From assembly GCA_002293185.1 (NCBI GenBank), contig DBCS01000002.1, forward strand, positions 152,645 to 216,644: a stretch of 64,000 bases of DNA. The letters are read 5' to 3'. The position numbers and the translations under genes are program-made. Below are positions 1 through 9,252 of this stretch, one piece after another. Below the pieces are notes generated by a model that did no database searches, had not been told where the DNA came from, and was given only the letters and a program-made list of their open reading frames with translations. How positions within the stretch are numbered: the stretch's first letter is position 1; each line of letters opens with the position of its first letter. The DNA comes from Flavobacteriales bacterium UBA952 (lineage in GTDB: Bacteria; Bacteroidota; Bacteroidia; Flavobacteriales_D; Crocinitomicaceae).

Positions 1-1006
1 TTGATGCTATGTTTGGAACACAATAATGCGTCACGCCATGCTTAATGAAGGTGGGTTCGCTATGATTGGTAATCCGCGAAGTTTCAAAACATCCTCCTTG
101 GTCAATACTGATATCTAAAACAACTGATCCGGGTTTCATTTGAGCAATCATTTCTTCTGTTACAACGCATGGTGTACGGCCTATGGTAGAGCGCAGCGCA
201 CCTATGACGATATCCGCTCTTCTTACAGCTTTCGCCAGTACTTTAGGTTGTATAATGGAGGTAAAAACGCGCTGCCCAATATCGTTCTGAAGTCGTCGTA
301 ATCTCGATAGAGAATTATCAAAAATTTTCACCGACGCACCTAGGCCAAGGGCCGCACGGGTAGCAAATTCACCAACTGTTCCTGCGCCGAGAACGACTAT
401 TTCTGTTGGTTGTACACCTGCAATACCGCCTAACATGAGACCTTTACCCTCTGAAAAAGAAGACAAGAGCTCGCCTGCAACTAAAACGGAGGTGGTTCCG
501 GCGATTTCACTCATTGTACGTACGATGGAAAAAACACCTTCTTCGTCTCGGATGCAGTCCCAGGCGATAGCAGTAATTTTTTTGGCGCTGAGTTGTTTTA
601 ATATTTCTTTGGGTTGGGTAGCTAGCTGCAGCGCAGAAATAAACGTTTGATTACCCGGCATAAAAGAAATTTCTTCTTCTGAGGGCGGTGCTACTTTTAA
701 AATAATAGCTGACTGATAAATGGCCTGACGATCGTATATTATTTGAGCACCTGCCTCGCTATATTCATTGTCTGTAAAATGTGCGCCTTCACCAGCTTTA
801 CTTTCAATTAGTACTTCGTGCCCATTGGCAACAAGTAAGCTTACCGCCTCGGGTACCAAAGCGACCCTTCTTTCTTGAAATGAAGTTTCTTTTGGTATAC
901 CGATGAGGAGTTTTCCTTTTTTACGACGCACCTCTAGTAAATCCTCCTTGGGCAACAAAGCACCCTGTTGGATAAGTGTTTTGAGTAAGTGTGGATCAGT
1001 AGTCAT
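1..1006 (-). CDS. ald: alanine dehydrogenase (N-terminal ~335 codons; 3' end runs off the window)
   Basis: The ORF is open at the window edge, so it is absent from the ORF track. My own translation from ATG 1006..1004 gives MTTDPHLLKTLIQQGALL..IGIPKETSFQERRVALVPEAVSLLVANGHEVLIESKAGEGAHF..VVLGAGTVGEFATRAALGLGASVKIFD..MKPGSVVLDISIDQGGCFETS. This is the AlaDH/PNT domain order with a GxGxxG Rossmann loop. Confidence 0.8.
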   Translation of the reverse strand, partial: MTTDPHLLKTLIQQGALLPKEDLLEVRRKKGKLLIGIPKETSFQERRVALVPEAVSLLVANGHEVLIESKAGEGAHFTDNEYSEAGAQIIYDRQAIYQSAIILKVAPPSEEEISFMPGNQTFISALQLATQPKEILKQLSAKKITAIAWDCIRDEEGVFSIVRTMSEIAGTTSVLVAGELLSSFSEGKGLMLGGIAGVQPTEIVVLGAGTVGEFATRAALGLGASVKIFDNSLSRLRRLQNDIGQRVFTSIIQPKVLAKAVRRADIVIGALRSTIGRTPCVVTEEMIAQMKPGSVVLDISIDQGGCFETSRITNHSEPTFIKHGVTHYCVPNIAS

Positions 1007-1436
1007 AATAAAGTGTCATTTCTCGACTTAGGTCAGATTCAATACGAATATACAGCCTAAAGTGGGGTTTTGGAATAAATGTTTGGATTTTTTCTGGCCA
1101 TTCAATAAAAATGTAAGCAGCGGAATCGAGTAAATCCTCCAAGCCCAAACGTAGAACTTCTTGTTCATTTTCAATACGATAGCAGTCTAGATGATAAATA
1201 ACTCCTTTTGTTGTGTCGTTATAACTGTTCACAATCGCAAAGGTTGGAGAGCCTTGGAAGTATTCAATTTGCGTAGCGGCAAGAAGGTGGCGGACCAATG
1301 TAGTTTTGCCACTACCCATTTGTGCATCGAGCGTCAAAATACATGATTTAGGCATGAGCGCCCAAATTTCTTGCGCAAGCGCAGGGAGCGTTTCAAGCCC
1401 GACATTAGACCACTTTGCTCTTAATTCAGTCGGCAT
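996..1436 (-). CDS. tsaE: tRNA t6A37 biosynthesis ATPase TsaE
   Basis: 146 aa with P-loop MGSGKTTLVR, then YHLDCYR and a WPE tail, typical of TsaE/YjeE. It overlaps the lpxH stop by 11 nt. Confidence 0.85.
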   Translation of the reverse strand: MPTELRAKWSNVGLETLPALAQEIWALMPKSCILTLDAQMGSGKTTLVRHLLAATQIEYFQGSPTFAIVNSYNDTTKGVIYHLDCYRIENEQEVLRLGLEDLLDSAAYIFIEWPEKIQTFIPKPHFRLYIRIESDLSREMTLYYDY

Positions 1437-2205
1437 TGTATGGTCGGACTTCGTTGTCTACCCACTGTAAAAGCGCTAATTGATCGTTGTCAAATCGGGC
1501 AAAGGTTTGATACTTCAGCCAATCGCCAGTATTGACATACAACGCGTTTTGGTGGGGTAAAGATAAAGGGAGGTGGCGATGCCCAAATAGGTAGAAATCG
1601 TGGTGCTGTTTTGACTCAATTTCTTGAACATAAGCATATAGCCATTCTTGTTGTGGCCCGTTGTAAATGATATCTTTTGTGCCACCGTTAGCCCGACTTC
1701 TTTTTGACAAAATGCTTGCCAATTGAATGCCAAAATTCGGGTGTAAACGGGCAAATAACCATTGGCAAATAGGGCTTCTGAAAATCTGTTTAAGAAACTT
1801 ATACTTGTAATCTCCGGGGCCCAAGCCATCTCCGTGATGCAGATAAAAACGCTTATTTGCCCATTCAAAAGTAAGTTCATTGCTATGGATTTGCAAGCCG
1901 AGTTCTTTCTCAAAGTAGTCTAAAACCCACATGTCGTGGTTCCCTTTGAAAAAATGTATTTCAATACCGGTGTCAGAGAGCTCAGCTAATTTGCCAAACA
2001 AACGAGTGTAGCCTTTTGGAACCACAGTTTTGTACTCAAACCAAAAGTCAAAAACATCGCCTAGTAAGTAGATCGCTTTTGCAGTAGGTTGTATGTAATT
2101 GAGCCAAGCAATGAACGCCTTCTCTCTTTGAATACTTTGAAGCGCGTTTGGTGCTCCTAGATGTAAATCAGAGGCAAAATAGAGGTATTTACCATCTGCA
2201 GCCAT
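1426..2205 (-). CDS. lpxH: UDP-2,3-diacylglucosamine diphosphatase LpxH (metallophosphoesterase)
   Basis: Motifs SDLHLG, GDVFDFW, GNHD, HHGD and GHRH occur in LpxH order and spacing. 259 aa. Confidence 0.85.
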   Translation of the reverse strand: MAADGKYLYFASDLHLGAPNALQSIQREKAFIAWLNYIQPTAKAIYLLGDVFDFWFEYKTVVPKGYTRLFGKLAELSDTGIEIHFFKGNHDMWVLDYFEKELGLQIHSNELTFEWANKRFYLHHGDGLGPGDYKYKFLKQIFRSPICQWLFARLHPNFGIQLASILSKRSRANGGTKDIIYNGPQQEWLYAYVQEIESKQHHDFYLFGHRHLPLSLPHQNALYVNTGDWLKYQTFARFDNDQLALLQWVDNEVRPYNAD

Positions 2206-3311
2206 TAAAACCCGAAGAGTTGTTGTAGTGTTTGCTCAAGGGCAGCGCCTCTGAGGTTGGTGGCAATGACGCGTCCTTCTTTGTCTAGCAAAACTGTAAA
2301 AGGTATAGAATTGACGCCATAGAGCTGAGCTACCTTACTTTGCCAGCCTCCAAGGTCACTTACGTGGTTAGGCCAACTTAATTGATCTGCCGCAATTGCG
2401 GCCAACCATTTGTCTTTGTTGGAGTCTAAGGAAACACTCATGACAGTAAAACCTGCATCTTTATATTTTTGGTAGTTCTTGACAACATTCGGATTTTCTG
2501 CTCTACATGGGCCACACCAAGAGGCCCAAAAGTCGAGCAACACAACTTGCCCTTTGAGCTCAGATAATTTCATTTTCTTTTTGCCATCTACGCGCAGTTC
2601 TTCAAAATCTGGAACAGACTTTCCTCTAGCGAACGGATTAGCGGCATCCCTTGCTTGTTTTTCTGTCAGGTAATTTTTGTACATATTTTGCACATTGGCA
2701 CTATGGTTAAAGCTCTGGTAAAGCGGTAGTATGAGTTTTTCGTAAGATTCAAAATCTTGTTGAAGCTCTATACTACTTAGGGGCATGATGAGTGCTGCTG
2801 AGTTGCCGTATTGCCCTAAAAAACTTTGTATGGCTGTCTGATATTTGCTGTATTCTTGGGTCATGTAGGTATTGATGTCCGCTTCTTTAGAAGGATCTAG
2901 TTTGATCGCATTGAGTGCGGAGTCTGCTTTGAAGCGCCAATTGGCAGTTAAAACAATATACTCGTGCATTTGTCTAGATTCTTCTGAATTGACAAAGTTG
3001 CAAAACTGAAGTAGATTTCTACCGTCGCCAAAAATTTGGATAGGTGTGGTATCTCTGATCACTACATTGAGATTATTTTGACCTATACGCAATAGGTAGT
3101 AATCTGGACCGTTAAGGATACCTTTTAGCTCAAATGAGCCATTCTCACCGAGCGGACTCGAAATATAATTTTTGAAAGTAGTTCCGAATTGTTGCGACAA
3201 ATAAATGGAGTCAGCTCCGCTCGCAAAGATCTGCCCACTAATTTTAAAGGCCTGTCCTTGTCCAAAGCTAAGGATTGGAATCATTAAACAAATGAGTAGT
3301 TGTCTTTTCAT
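2205..3311 (-). CDS. TlpA/AhpC-family secreted thiol:disulfide oxidoreductase
   Basis: Has a signal peptide and a C-terminal thioredoxin fold with WASWCGPC. ATG 3311 lies 1 nt after the upstream stop (TAA 3313..3315). The ORF-track start 3320 is a TTG. Confidence 0.8.
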   Translation of the reverse strand: MKRQLLICLMIPILSFGQGQAFKISGQIFASGADSIYLSQQFGTTFKNYISSPLGENGSFELKGILNGPDYYLLRIGQNNLNVVIRDTTPIQIFGDGRNLLQFCNFVNSEESRQMHEYIVLTANWRFKADSALNAIKLDPSKEADINTYMTQEYSKYQTAIQSFLGQYGNSAALIMPLSSIELQQDFESYEKLILPLYQSFNHSANVQNMYKNYLTEKQARDAANPFARGKSVPDFEELRVDGKKKMKLSELKGQVVLLDFWASWCGPCRAENPNVVKNYQKYKDAGFTVMSVSLDSNKDKWLAAIAADQLSWPNHVSDLGGWQSKVAQLYGVNSIPFTVLLDKEGRVIATNLRGAALEQTLQQLFGF

Positions 3312-3312
3312 T

Positions 3313-4503
3313 TTATTCAAATATTTGAGCCAATTTATCGAGAAGTTTTTGACCGCGAAGGTTAGTTCCGATAATTTTTCCGTCGGGATTGATTAATACG
3401 GTATAGGGTATTCCATCGAATTGATACTGTTGCGGTAATTCAGAATTCCATCCTTTATTGTTGTTTACTTGATTGGGCCAGGGCATGGCTAAGGTTTTAA
3501 TACCTGCTACCCATTTGTTTTTGTCTTCGTCTAGAGAAACACTAAAGACATCAAATCCTTTATTCTTGTATCGGTTATAGGCAGCAATCACATTCGGCAT
3601 TTCGATTTTACAAGGCCCGCACCAAGAAGCCCAAAAGTCAATAAGTACGTATTTGCCTTTTAAAGAGCTTAAGTTGATCAGTTTTCCATTTGGGTCGGGC
3701 AATGAAATTTCTGGGGCAGTCATAGTGCCGTTCGTCATTTGTGTATATGCAAAAAAAGCGTCTTCAATTTGTGTGTATTGCGCCTGCATATTTTCACTAG
3801 GTTTTTGACCAGCGTAATGTTTTGCATAGGCGCTACTAAGTTTGGCGAGTGTTTGTAAATGTGTAGCGTCCCAGTCTTCAAAACCAGTAGTAGGCATCAA
3901 ATTCATACTCAGCAAGATATTTAAAGGACTGTTGAGGTCTTGTAGGATGGCGTTTGAACAGAATTGTTCGTAGGCTTTTTTTGCCATTTGATATCTGTTG
4001 CTAATTTGTTCTTGTGTGAGACCTTGCGTGTTCGTTTGCAGCGATTTTTGTTTGTTTTCGAATTTTTTGGTTTCTAAAAGGAGTTTGGCGTAGGTTTTGC
4101 TCCATGAGACGCCCTTAAGCCCTGGTTGATAACTGAAATCTTGCAGGCGACAATTGAGGGTGAGTTCATCTTTTGGTTTTAATGGCAACCAAAGGGTGCT
4201 GCCGTTCAGGTCAGAAATTCGTAGATTGTAAATACCTAAACCAGGAATATTAGCTGGGAATTCAAAATGGCCATCTTCATCTATTTCTGTCTGAGCTACG
4301 GAGATAATTCCGCGGTCACTAGGGGCCTCTAAAAAGAGCTGTAAACCTCCAGCGCCCGATATTTGACCACTTATATATAGGTTCTCTTCTAGTCCATTTT
4401 TTTCGATTTCGCTGCGTGAAATCCACCAAATAATACTAAGAATGCCGAGTAAAACTCCTGCAGTTATTCCAATTTGTTGGCGTGTCCAGGCTTGCTTTTT
4501 CAT
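3313..4503 (-). CDS. TlpA/AhpC-family thiol:disulfide oxidoreductase (membrane-anchored paralogue)
   Basis: Has an N-terminal TM helix (GVLLGILSIIWW) and a C-terminal thioredoxin fold with WASWCGPC. Its start shares one nt with the gatB stop (TAATG). Confidence 0.8.
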   Translation of the reverse strand: MKKQAWTRQQIGITAGVLLGILSIIWWISRSEIEKNGLEENLYISGQISGAGGLQLFLEAPSDRGIISVAQTEIDEDGHFEFPANIPGLGIYNLRISDLNGSTLWLPLKPKDELTLNCRLQDFSYQPGLKGVSWSKTYAKLLLETKKFENKQKSLQTNTQGLTQEQISNRYQMAKKAYEQFCSNAILQDLNSPLNILLSMNLMPTTGFEDWDATHLQTLAKLSSAYAKHYAGQKPSENMQAQYTQIEDAFFAYTQMTNGTMTAPEISLPDPNGKLINLSSLKGKYVLIDFWASWCGPCKIEMPNVIAAYNRYKNKGFDVFSVSLDEDKNKWVAGIKTLAMPWPNQVNNNKGWNSELPQQYQFDGIPYTVLINPDGKIIGTNLRGQKLLDKLAQIFE

Positions 4504-5957
4504 TAGGCCTCTAATTTTTGACGAAGGAGCAAATTGGAGGCTTTTGGGTCGGCTTTTCCACCAGAAACTTTCATGAGTTGCCCCATAAAAAAGCCGATGA
4601 GTTGTTTTTCACCATTTCGATAACGCTCGACCTCAGCGGTATTTTGTTCTATAACTTGCGCAATAAACCCTTCAATGACCGAACTGTCTGAACTCTGCAT
4701 TAAATTGAGCCTTTCGGCAATTTCTAGAGGGGTTTCGGAGCTTTGAAATAGCGCCGGAAACAATTTTTGTGCAGCTACAGAGTTCGATACTTTACCTTGA
4801 TCGATCAGCGCAATTAAGTCAGCGATGCGCACTGCATTTATTGGGAAAGCGGCTATATCAACTCCTTGTTCGTTTAAATAAGATTTGATCTCTCCCATGA
4901 GCCAATTGGCAGCAGCTTTGTAGTTGGATGTATGGCTGATGAGGTCCTCGTAATAGCGTGCTAGACCTTTTTGATCGGTGATATTGTAGGCATCGTAGTC
5001 ACTCAGACCGTAGCTTTTGGTATAACGCTCAAACAACGCTTGCGGGAGCGCCGGCATATCCTTGGCAATAGCCGCAATTTGATCTGAACTCACTGTTATT
5101 GGCGGGAGGTCTGGTTCTGGGAAGTAGCGGTAGTCGTTGGCGGCTTCTTTTGTTCGCATAGAAATGGTGCTGCCTTTGAGTGCGTCGAAAGCTCTGGTTT
5201 CTTGCGTGAGCACTTCGCCGCTTTCTAGTGCCTCTATTTGGCGCGTAATTTCAAACTCAATAGCACGTTGAACGTTACGTATCGAGTTCATATTTTTAAC
5301 TTCTACCTTGGTTCCGAAATCTTTGGCGCCAACAAGCCGAACCGAGACATTGGCATCGCAACGCATTGAGCCTTCTTCCATGTTGCCATCGCAGATATCG
5401 AGATAACGGAGTAGTTTGCGAACTTCTGTCAGATAATTGTATGCCTCACTGGAAGATCGTATATCTGGTTCTGAGACAATTTCTAAAAGGGGAGTGCCGG
5501 CGCGGTTGAGGTCAACGAGGGTATCGTAAACATCGACATCGTGTATGCTTTTGCCTGCATCTTCTTCCATATGGATTCTAGTCAGGCCAATTGATTTTTG
5601 TGCACCGTCTTCGGTGCGGATTAAAATCTGACCACCGGTGCATATTGGCGTGGTATCTTGTGTAATTTGATAGCCTTTTGGAAGATCTGGATAGAAATAG
5701 TTTTTGCGGGCAAAGTGCTGTTGAGGAGCAATTTGACAGCCGCAGGCAAGCCCAAGTCTGATGGCGAAATCAATGGTTTTTTTATTCATGACAGGCAAGG
5801 TGCCCGGATGCCCAAGTGTGATAGCGCTAATGTTTGTATTTGGTGCGGAACCATAAGAATTGAGATCCGACGAATAGGCCTTTGTTTGGGTAAGTAATTG
5901 TGCATGGACTTCTAGTCCGATCACAACCTCATAGCGATCTCTTAACGTCTGTTCCAT
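4503..5957 (-). CDS. gatB: Asp-tRNA(Asn)/Glu-tRNA(Gln) amidotransferase subunit B
   Basis: 484 aa with YEVVIGLEVHAQL, HMEEDAGKS and a C-terminal YqeY-like tail. Full-length GatB architecture. Confidence 0.95.
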   Translation of the reverse strand: MEQTLRDRYEVVIGLEVHAQLLTQTKAYSSDLNSYGSAPNTNISAITLGHPGTLPVMNKKTIDFAIRLGLACGCQIAPQQHFARKNYFYPDLPKGYQITQDTTPICTGGQILIRTEDGAQKSIGLTRIHMEEDAGKSIHDVDVYDTLVDLNRAGTPLLEIVSEPDIRSSSEAYNYLTEVRKLLRYLDICDGNMEEGSMRCDANVSVRLVGAKDFGTKVEVKNMNSIRNVQRAIEFEITRQIEALESGEVLTQETRAFDALKGSTISMRTKEAANDYRYFPEPDLPPITVSSDQIAAIAKDMPALPQALFERYTKSYGLSDYDAYNITDQKGLARYYEDLISHTSNYKAAANWLMGEIKSYLNEQGVDIAAFPINAVRIADLIALIDQGKVSNSVAAQKLFPALFQSSETPLEIAERLNLMQSSDSSVIEGFIAQVIEQNTAEVERYRNGEKQLIGFFMGQLMKVSGGKADPKASNLLLRQKLEA

Positions 5958-5970
5958 GTTTGGTATTTGT

Positions 5971-6783
5971 TTAGATGCTGGATATGAGTTCTTTCATGAT
6001 TTGTGTCATTTTCGGTTCTTGTCGGCTCGCTACCTCAATAACATCCTGAACACTCACTTTTTTGATTTTACCCGGAACACCGAGGTCAGTAATAATGGAT
6101 ATCGCAAAACAAGGGATACTCATATGGCGCGCAACTATAACCTCTGGTACGGTAGACATTCCAACGGCATCGGCTCCGATGGTGCGCACATATTTGTATT
6201 CAGAGGGTGTTTCGAGGGTTGGGCCAGTTAGGCCAGCATAGCAACCTATGGAAACGCGAATACCGATATTTTTAGCGATATCACTTGCTTTATCGATCAT
6301 TTCTTGATCGTAGGGGTCGCTCATGTCAGGAAAGCGGGGTCCGAGTTCATCGATATTTTGACCAATGAGCGGGTTGCCTGGAAAGAGATTAATATGATCA
6401 TTCATGATCATGATTTCTCCAACCTCAAAATCTGGATTCACACCTCCTGAAGCGTTACTAACGAAAAGGCGTTCAATGCCAAGTAGTTTCATCACGCGGA
6501 CGGGAAAGGTTACTTGTTGTAGCGTGTAACCTTCATAATAATGAAAGCGTCCTTGCATGGCAACAACATTTTTTCCGCCGATGCGCCCAAAAATGAGCTT
6601 GCCTGAGTGGCTTTCAACGGTAGAAACTGGAAAGTGAGGAATATCTTGGTAATTAATTTCGTCGATGATTTCAATTTCCTTGACTAAACCACCGAGTCCT
6701 GTGCCTAAAATGATGCCAATTGTAGGCTGAACGTTTGTTTTGCTTTGGATGTAGGCGGTACTTTCTTTAATTTGAGACAACAT
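5971..6783 (-). CDS. purine nucleoside phosphorylase (trimeric PunA type)
   Basis: Motifs GTGLGG, MQGRFHYYEGY, SNASGG and TLETPSE. 270 aa. Confidence 0.9.
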   Translation of the reverse strand: MLSQIKESTAYIQSKTNVQPTIGIILGTGLGGLVKEIEIIDEINYQDIPHFPVSTVESHSGKLIFGRIGGKNVVAMQGRFHYYEGYTLQQVTFPVRVMKLLGIERLFVSNASGGVNPDFEVGEIMIMNDHINLFPGNPLIGQNIDELGPRFPDMSDPYDQEMIDKASDIAKNIGIRVSIGCYAGLTGPTLETPSEYKYVRTIGADAVGMSTVPEVIVARHMSIPCFAISIITDLGVPGKIKKVSVQDVIEVASRQEPKMTQIMKELISSI

Positions 6784-7783
6784 AAGCGCTTATAAATTGA
6801 TTAAATGCAGTTTGATCTGACCATTCGAGCTCAAAAGTTAACAAATACCAGGGGTATTTTTGTAGGTCTTCAGCGCTCAACAAAGGCTGGATTTTGACCC
6901 AATCTTTGGCGGTAGTAACAATTGCAGTATTTGCAATTGCAAAGGTATCAAAAAAATGATGAATTTCTTCCATATCCATTGGCGTGTAGGTATGGTGATC
7001 ACGAAAAGTTCGATGTCTAATATTGGTACTTGGTGCAAATGCGTCATTAAGTTGTTTTGGAAGCGCTACACCGCTCACAATGAATACCTCATTGATTTGT
7101 TCAATAATTCTTCCTTTGGATTGAAGTGCATGGTAAGTATACCGGGAAAAAAATACGGGAATTTGCCATTTTTGATATTGCTTTTTGAGCTCATTTAAAT
7201 CAAAAGTTTCAAATTTCGGACATTTAGTAATCACAATTGCATCGGCGCGTTTTAAACCACTTATAGGTTCGCGTAGCCTGCCTGCTGGCAAGAGGAAATC
7301 CTGATGCATCGGTTGGTCATAAACGCTAAGCACGATATTTAGCCCGGCCTTGACATAGCGGTGTTGAAATGCATCGTCTAGGATCAATACGGAAGAGGGA
7401 TCTTCTGTTCTTAGGTGCTCGATACCGATGCTGCGTTTTTCGCAAACTGCAAATTGGGCTTTTTCCTGGTATTGATTATATAGCATTTGGGGTTCGTCTC
7501 CAACTTGGGCAGCAGTTGAATTTTTCGAAAGCGCAATAAATCCTTTTGTTTTACGACCATACCCCCGGCTTAATACTTGAACTTTGACTGCTGGGTAAAG
7601 CAGTTCGATTAGATAACCAACGTGTGGAGATTTACCAGTGCCACCAACGTTTAGGTTTCCGACACAAATGGACTTGCCTGAGATGTGTTGGGTTTGGAGC
7701 ATACCGAGATCAAAAAACAGATTACGCACCCAGATAGCCATTCCGTAGAGGAGTGAAAGAGGGTAGAGCGCCAGTCTGCACAT
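6767..7783 (-). CDS. lpxK: tetraacyldisaccharide 4'-kinase
   Basis: P-loop VGNLNVGGTGKSP preceded by LSLLYG. I set the start at ATG 7783, 1 nt after the upstream stop. The ORF-track start 7825 would overlap the upstream gene by 41 nt and add an atypical N-terminus. Confidence 0.85.
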   Translation of the reverse strand: MCRLALYPLSLLYGMAIWVRNLFFDLGMLQTQHISGKSICVGNLNVGGTGKSPHVGYLIELLYPAVKVQVLSRGYGRKTKGFIALSKNSTAAQVGDEPQMLYNQYQEKAQFAVCEKRSIGIEHLRTEDPSSVLILDDAFQHRYVKAGLNIVLSVYDQPMHQDFLLPAGRLREPISGLKRADAIVITKCPKFETFDLNELKKQYQKWQIPVFFSRYTYHALQSKGRIIEQINEVFIVSGVALPKQLNDAFAPSTNIRHRTFRDHHTYTPMDMEEIHHFFDTFAIANTAIVTTAKDWVKIQPLLSAEDLQKYPWYLLTFELEWSDQTAFNQFISAYVVSN

Positions 7784-7784
7784 A

Positions 7785-8456
7785 TTATTGCACGTGATAG
7801 TCAGAATATTCTTGCTCGTCGGCATAGTAATATATACGCACCATTGCAGTATCGTTCAAGAAGTCAATTTTACCGACTTCTACGCGGTTGATGGTGAGTC
7901 CGGTTCTTTTCTCTAAATCTGCTTTGAGGAGGTCTTGGTTTTCCGGTTTAATGAGGTCTATACGCTCATAGTTTATGGTCTTGCGTGTTTCGTGTTTCAT
8001 CAGTACCACGTTCTCTAAAACATAGGTGAGTAGTACGACTGTAACATTAATAACAGCTACCTCTGAAATACTGAGTTCATTGGATGCCAATGCATTCACT
8101 ACACTTACACCGATGACCATAAATAAGTAGGTCATTTCTTTGATTTCAATGGCATCGGTGCGGTATCGGATAATTCCAAAAATCGCAAATAATCCTAGAC
8201 CCATTCCGGTATCAATATCCATTTGCATGAGCCCAAAACACAAGAAAAAGGTAATCGTACCAATTAAATAATAGGTAAATAAGTAATCTTTGCGACGCGT
8301 TTTAGCGTAATAGAGTACACGAATTAAAATCGTCAAAAAGAGAAGGTTGATTCCGAATCTGATTAAAAGACCGTAAAAGTCTTCACTAAACCAGGTGATG
8401 GTATTCGGTGAGATTGCTTTTTTGAGCGGAAAGAAAAATAAGAGGTCAGTGAGCAT
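7785..8456 (-). CDS. DUF4956-like polytopic membrane protein (partner of VTC-domain proteins)
   Basis: 223 aa with about four TM helices followed by a soluble tail. The family call is from memory, not searched. It overlaps the upstream VTC gene by 11 nt. Confidence 0.7.
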   Translation of the reverse strand: MLTDLLFFFPLKKAISPNTITWFSEDFYGLLIRFGINLLFLTILIRVLYYAKTRRKDYLFTYYLIGTITFFLCFGLMQMDIDTGMGLGLFAIFGIIRYRTDAIEIKEMTYLFMVIGVSVVNALASNELSISEVAVINVTVVLLTYVLENVVLMKHETRKTINYERIDLIKPENQDLLKADLEKRTGLTINRVEVGKIDFLNDTAMVRIYYYADEQEYSDYHVQ

Positions 8457-9201
8457 GGTTGATTTTATTTAAAAAAAGTAGCTTCTTTTTGAAGCGATTA
8501 AATCTGAGTACTTCTTCGCCGTAGATTTCTACACTTCCAATGCAATATTTGGAGAGGCGATATGGTCTGATTCGTTCCTTTTTCATGAGTTTGTAAAAAG
8601 GGGAATTGCGGTCTAGGTTTTCTTGTTTGAGTTCGGCAATCACCAACTGATCGAAATTGCGCTGGATTTCACCCATGTGAAAGTGGATGTTGAAGTCGAG
8701 GGTAAGTCTTTCTCTGGAGGTCCTAGAAACGAGCGTGATGCGCTGAAAAGCGTTCCACATAGTTGGTTTTAATTGGGCGTCTATATTGAGTTGTCTGCGC
8801 AAAAAATCGCGTTCCTTTTCATCCTGAAGTTCATTGAAATCATTGGTAAGGATTCTACGCTTATCTGTTCTACCCTTGAACTTGTGCTTGATTTCCAAAA
8901 AGAAAATATTGGATTCTACATATTTGCGAATACGCACCTTGAATCGATCGGCTTTACCATTGTGGTGATCCCGAAAAAAGGAAAATGTAGCATCGTCAAA
9001 ATAAAGGCTTTCATAATGAGGCAGCATGGTTCCTTCTACTTTAAGCGCGCGATAGTCGATGGCTAAAATAGGTAGAAAACGCATGAGGTCTTCTTGGCGG
9101 AAGGCAAATTTGGTGTCTATGCGATTCATTAGGTTGACGTCGGCCATTTCTCTAAGAAAAATGGGGTCAAACTCTTCGATTGCTGTTATAATACTACTCA
9201 T
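8446..9201 (-). CDS. VTC-domain (polyphosphate polymerase-like, triphosphate-tunnel) protein
   Basis: About 251 aa. The basic tunnel-like strings RFKVRIRKY and [16 protein letters not shown] resemble the VTC/CYTH fold. ATG 9201 is preferred over the TTG at 9204 used by the ORF track. Confidence 0.72.
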   Translation of the reverse strand: MSSIITAIEEFDPIFLREMADVNLMNRIDTKFAFRQEDLMRFLPILAIDYRALKVEGTMLPHYESLYFDDATFSFFRDHHNGKADRFKVRIRKYVESNIFFLEIKHKFKGRTDKRRILTNDFNELQDEKERDFLRRQLNIDAQLKPTMWNAFQRITLVSRTSRERLTLDFNIHFHMGEIQRNFDQLVIAELKQENLDRNSPFYKLMKKERIRPYRLSKYCIGSVEIYGEEVLRFNRFKKKLLFLNKINHAH

Positions 9202-9211
9202 CAATATGTTT

Positions 9212-9219
9212 CAAAAATA
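9212..9219 (-). promoter_or_regulatory. candidate -7 promoter box TATTTTTG for the VTC-led operon
   Basis: The reverse complement of caaaaata matches TAnnTTTG. It lies 10 nt upstream of ATG 9201. Confidence 0.3.
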
Positions 9220-9240
9220 ACAATTTCTTTGCTGTTTGTG

Positions 9241-9248
9241 TACATTTG
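9241..9248 (+). promoter_or_regulatory. candidate -7 promoter box TACATTTG abutting the purT start
   Basis: Exact TAnnTTTG match with a 4-nt spacer (tctt) to ATG 9253. Confidence 0.4.
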
Positions 9249-9252
9249 TCTT

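Noticed and set aside
1515-1913. 132-aa same-strand alternative-frame ORF inside lpxH.
   Set aside because: It lies wholly inside a well-supported LpxH frame. It has no independent start signal and no motif.
2205-4503. Tandem TlpA-like thioredoxin paralogues, considered as a possible dedicated redox system.
   Set aside because: Multiple secreted WxxWCGPC thiol:disulfide oxidoreductases with variable N-terminal domains are commonplace in Bacteroidota genomes. Nothing in the sequence distinguishes this pair.
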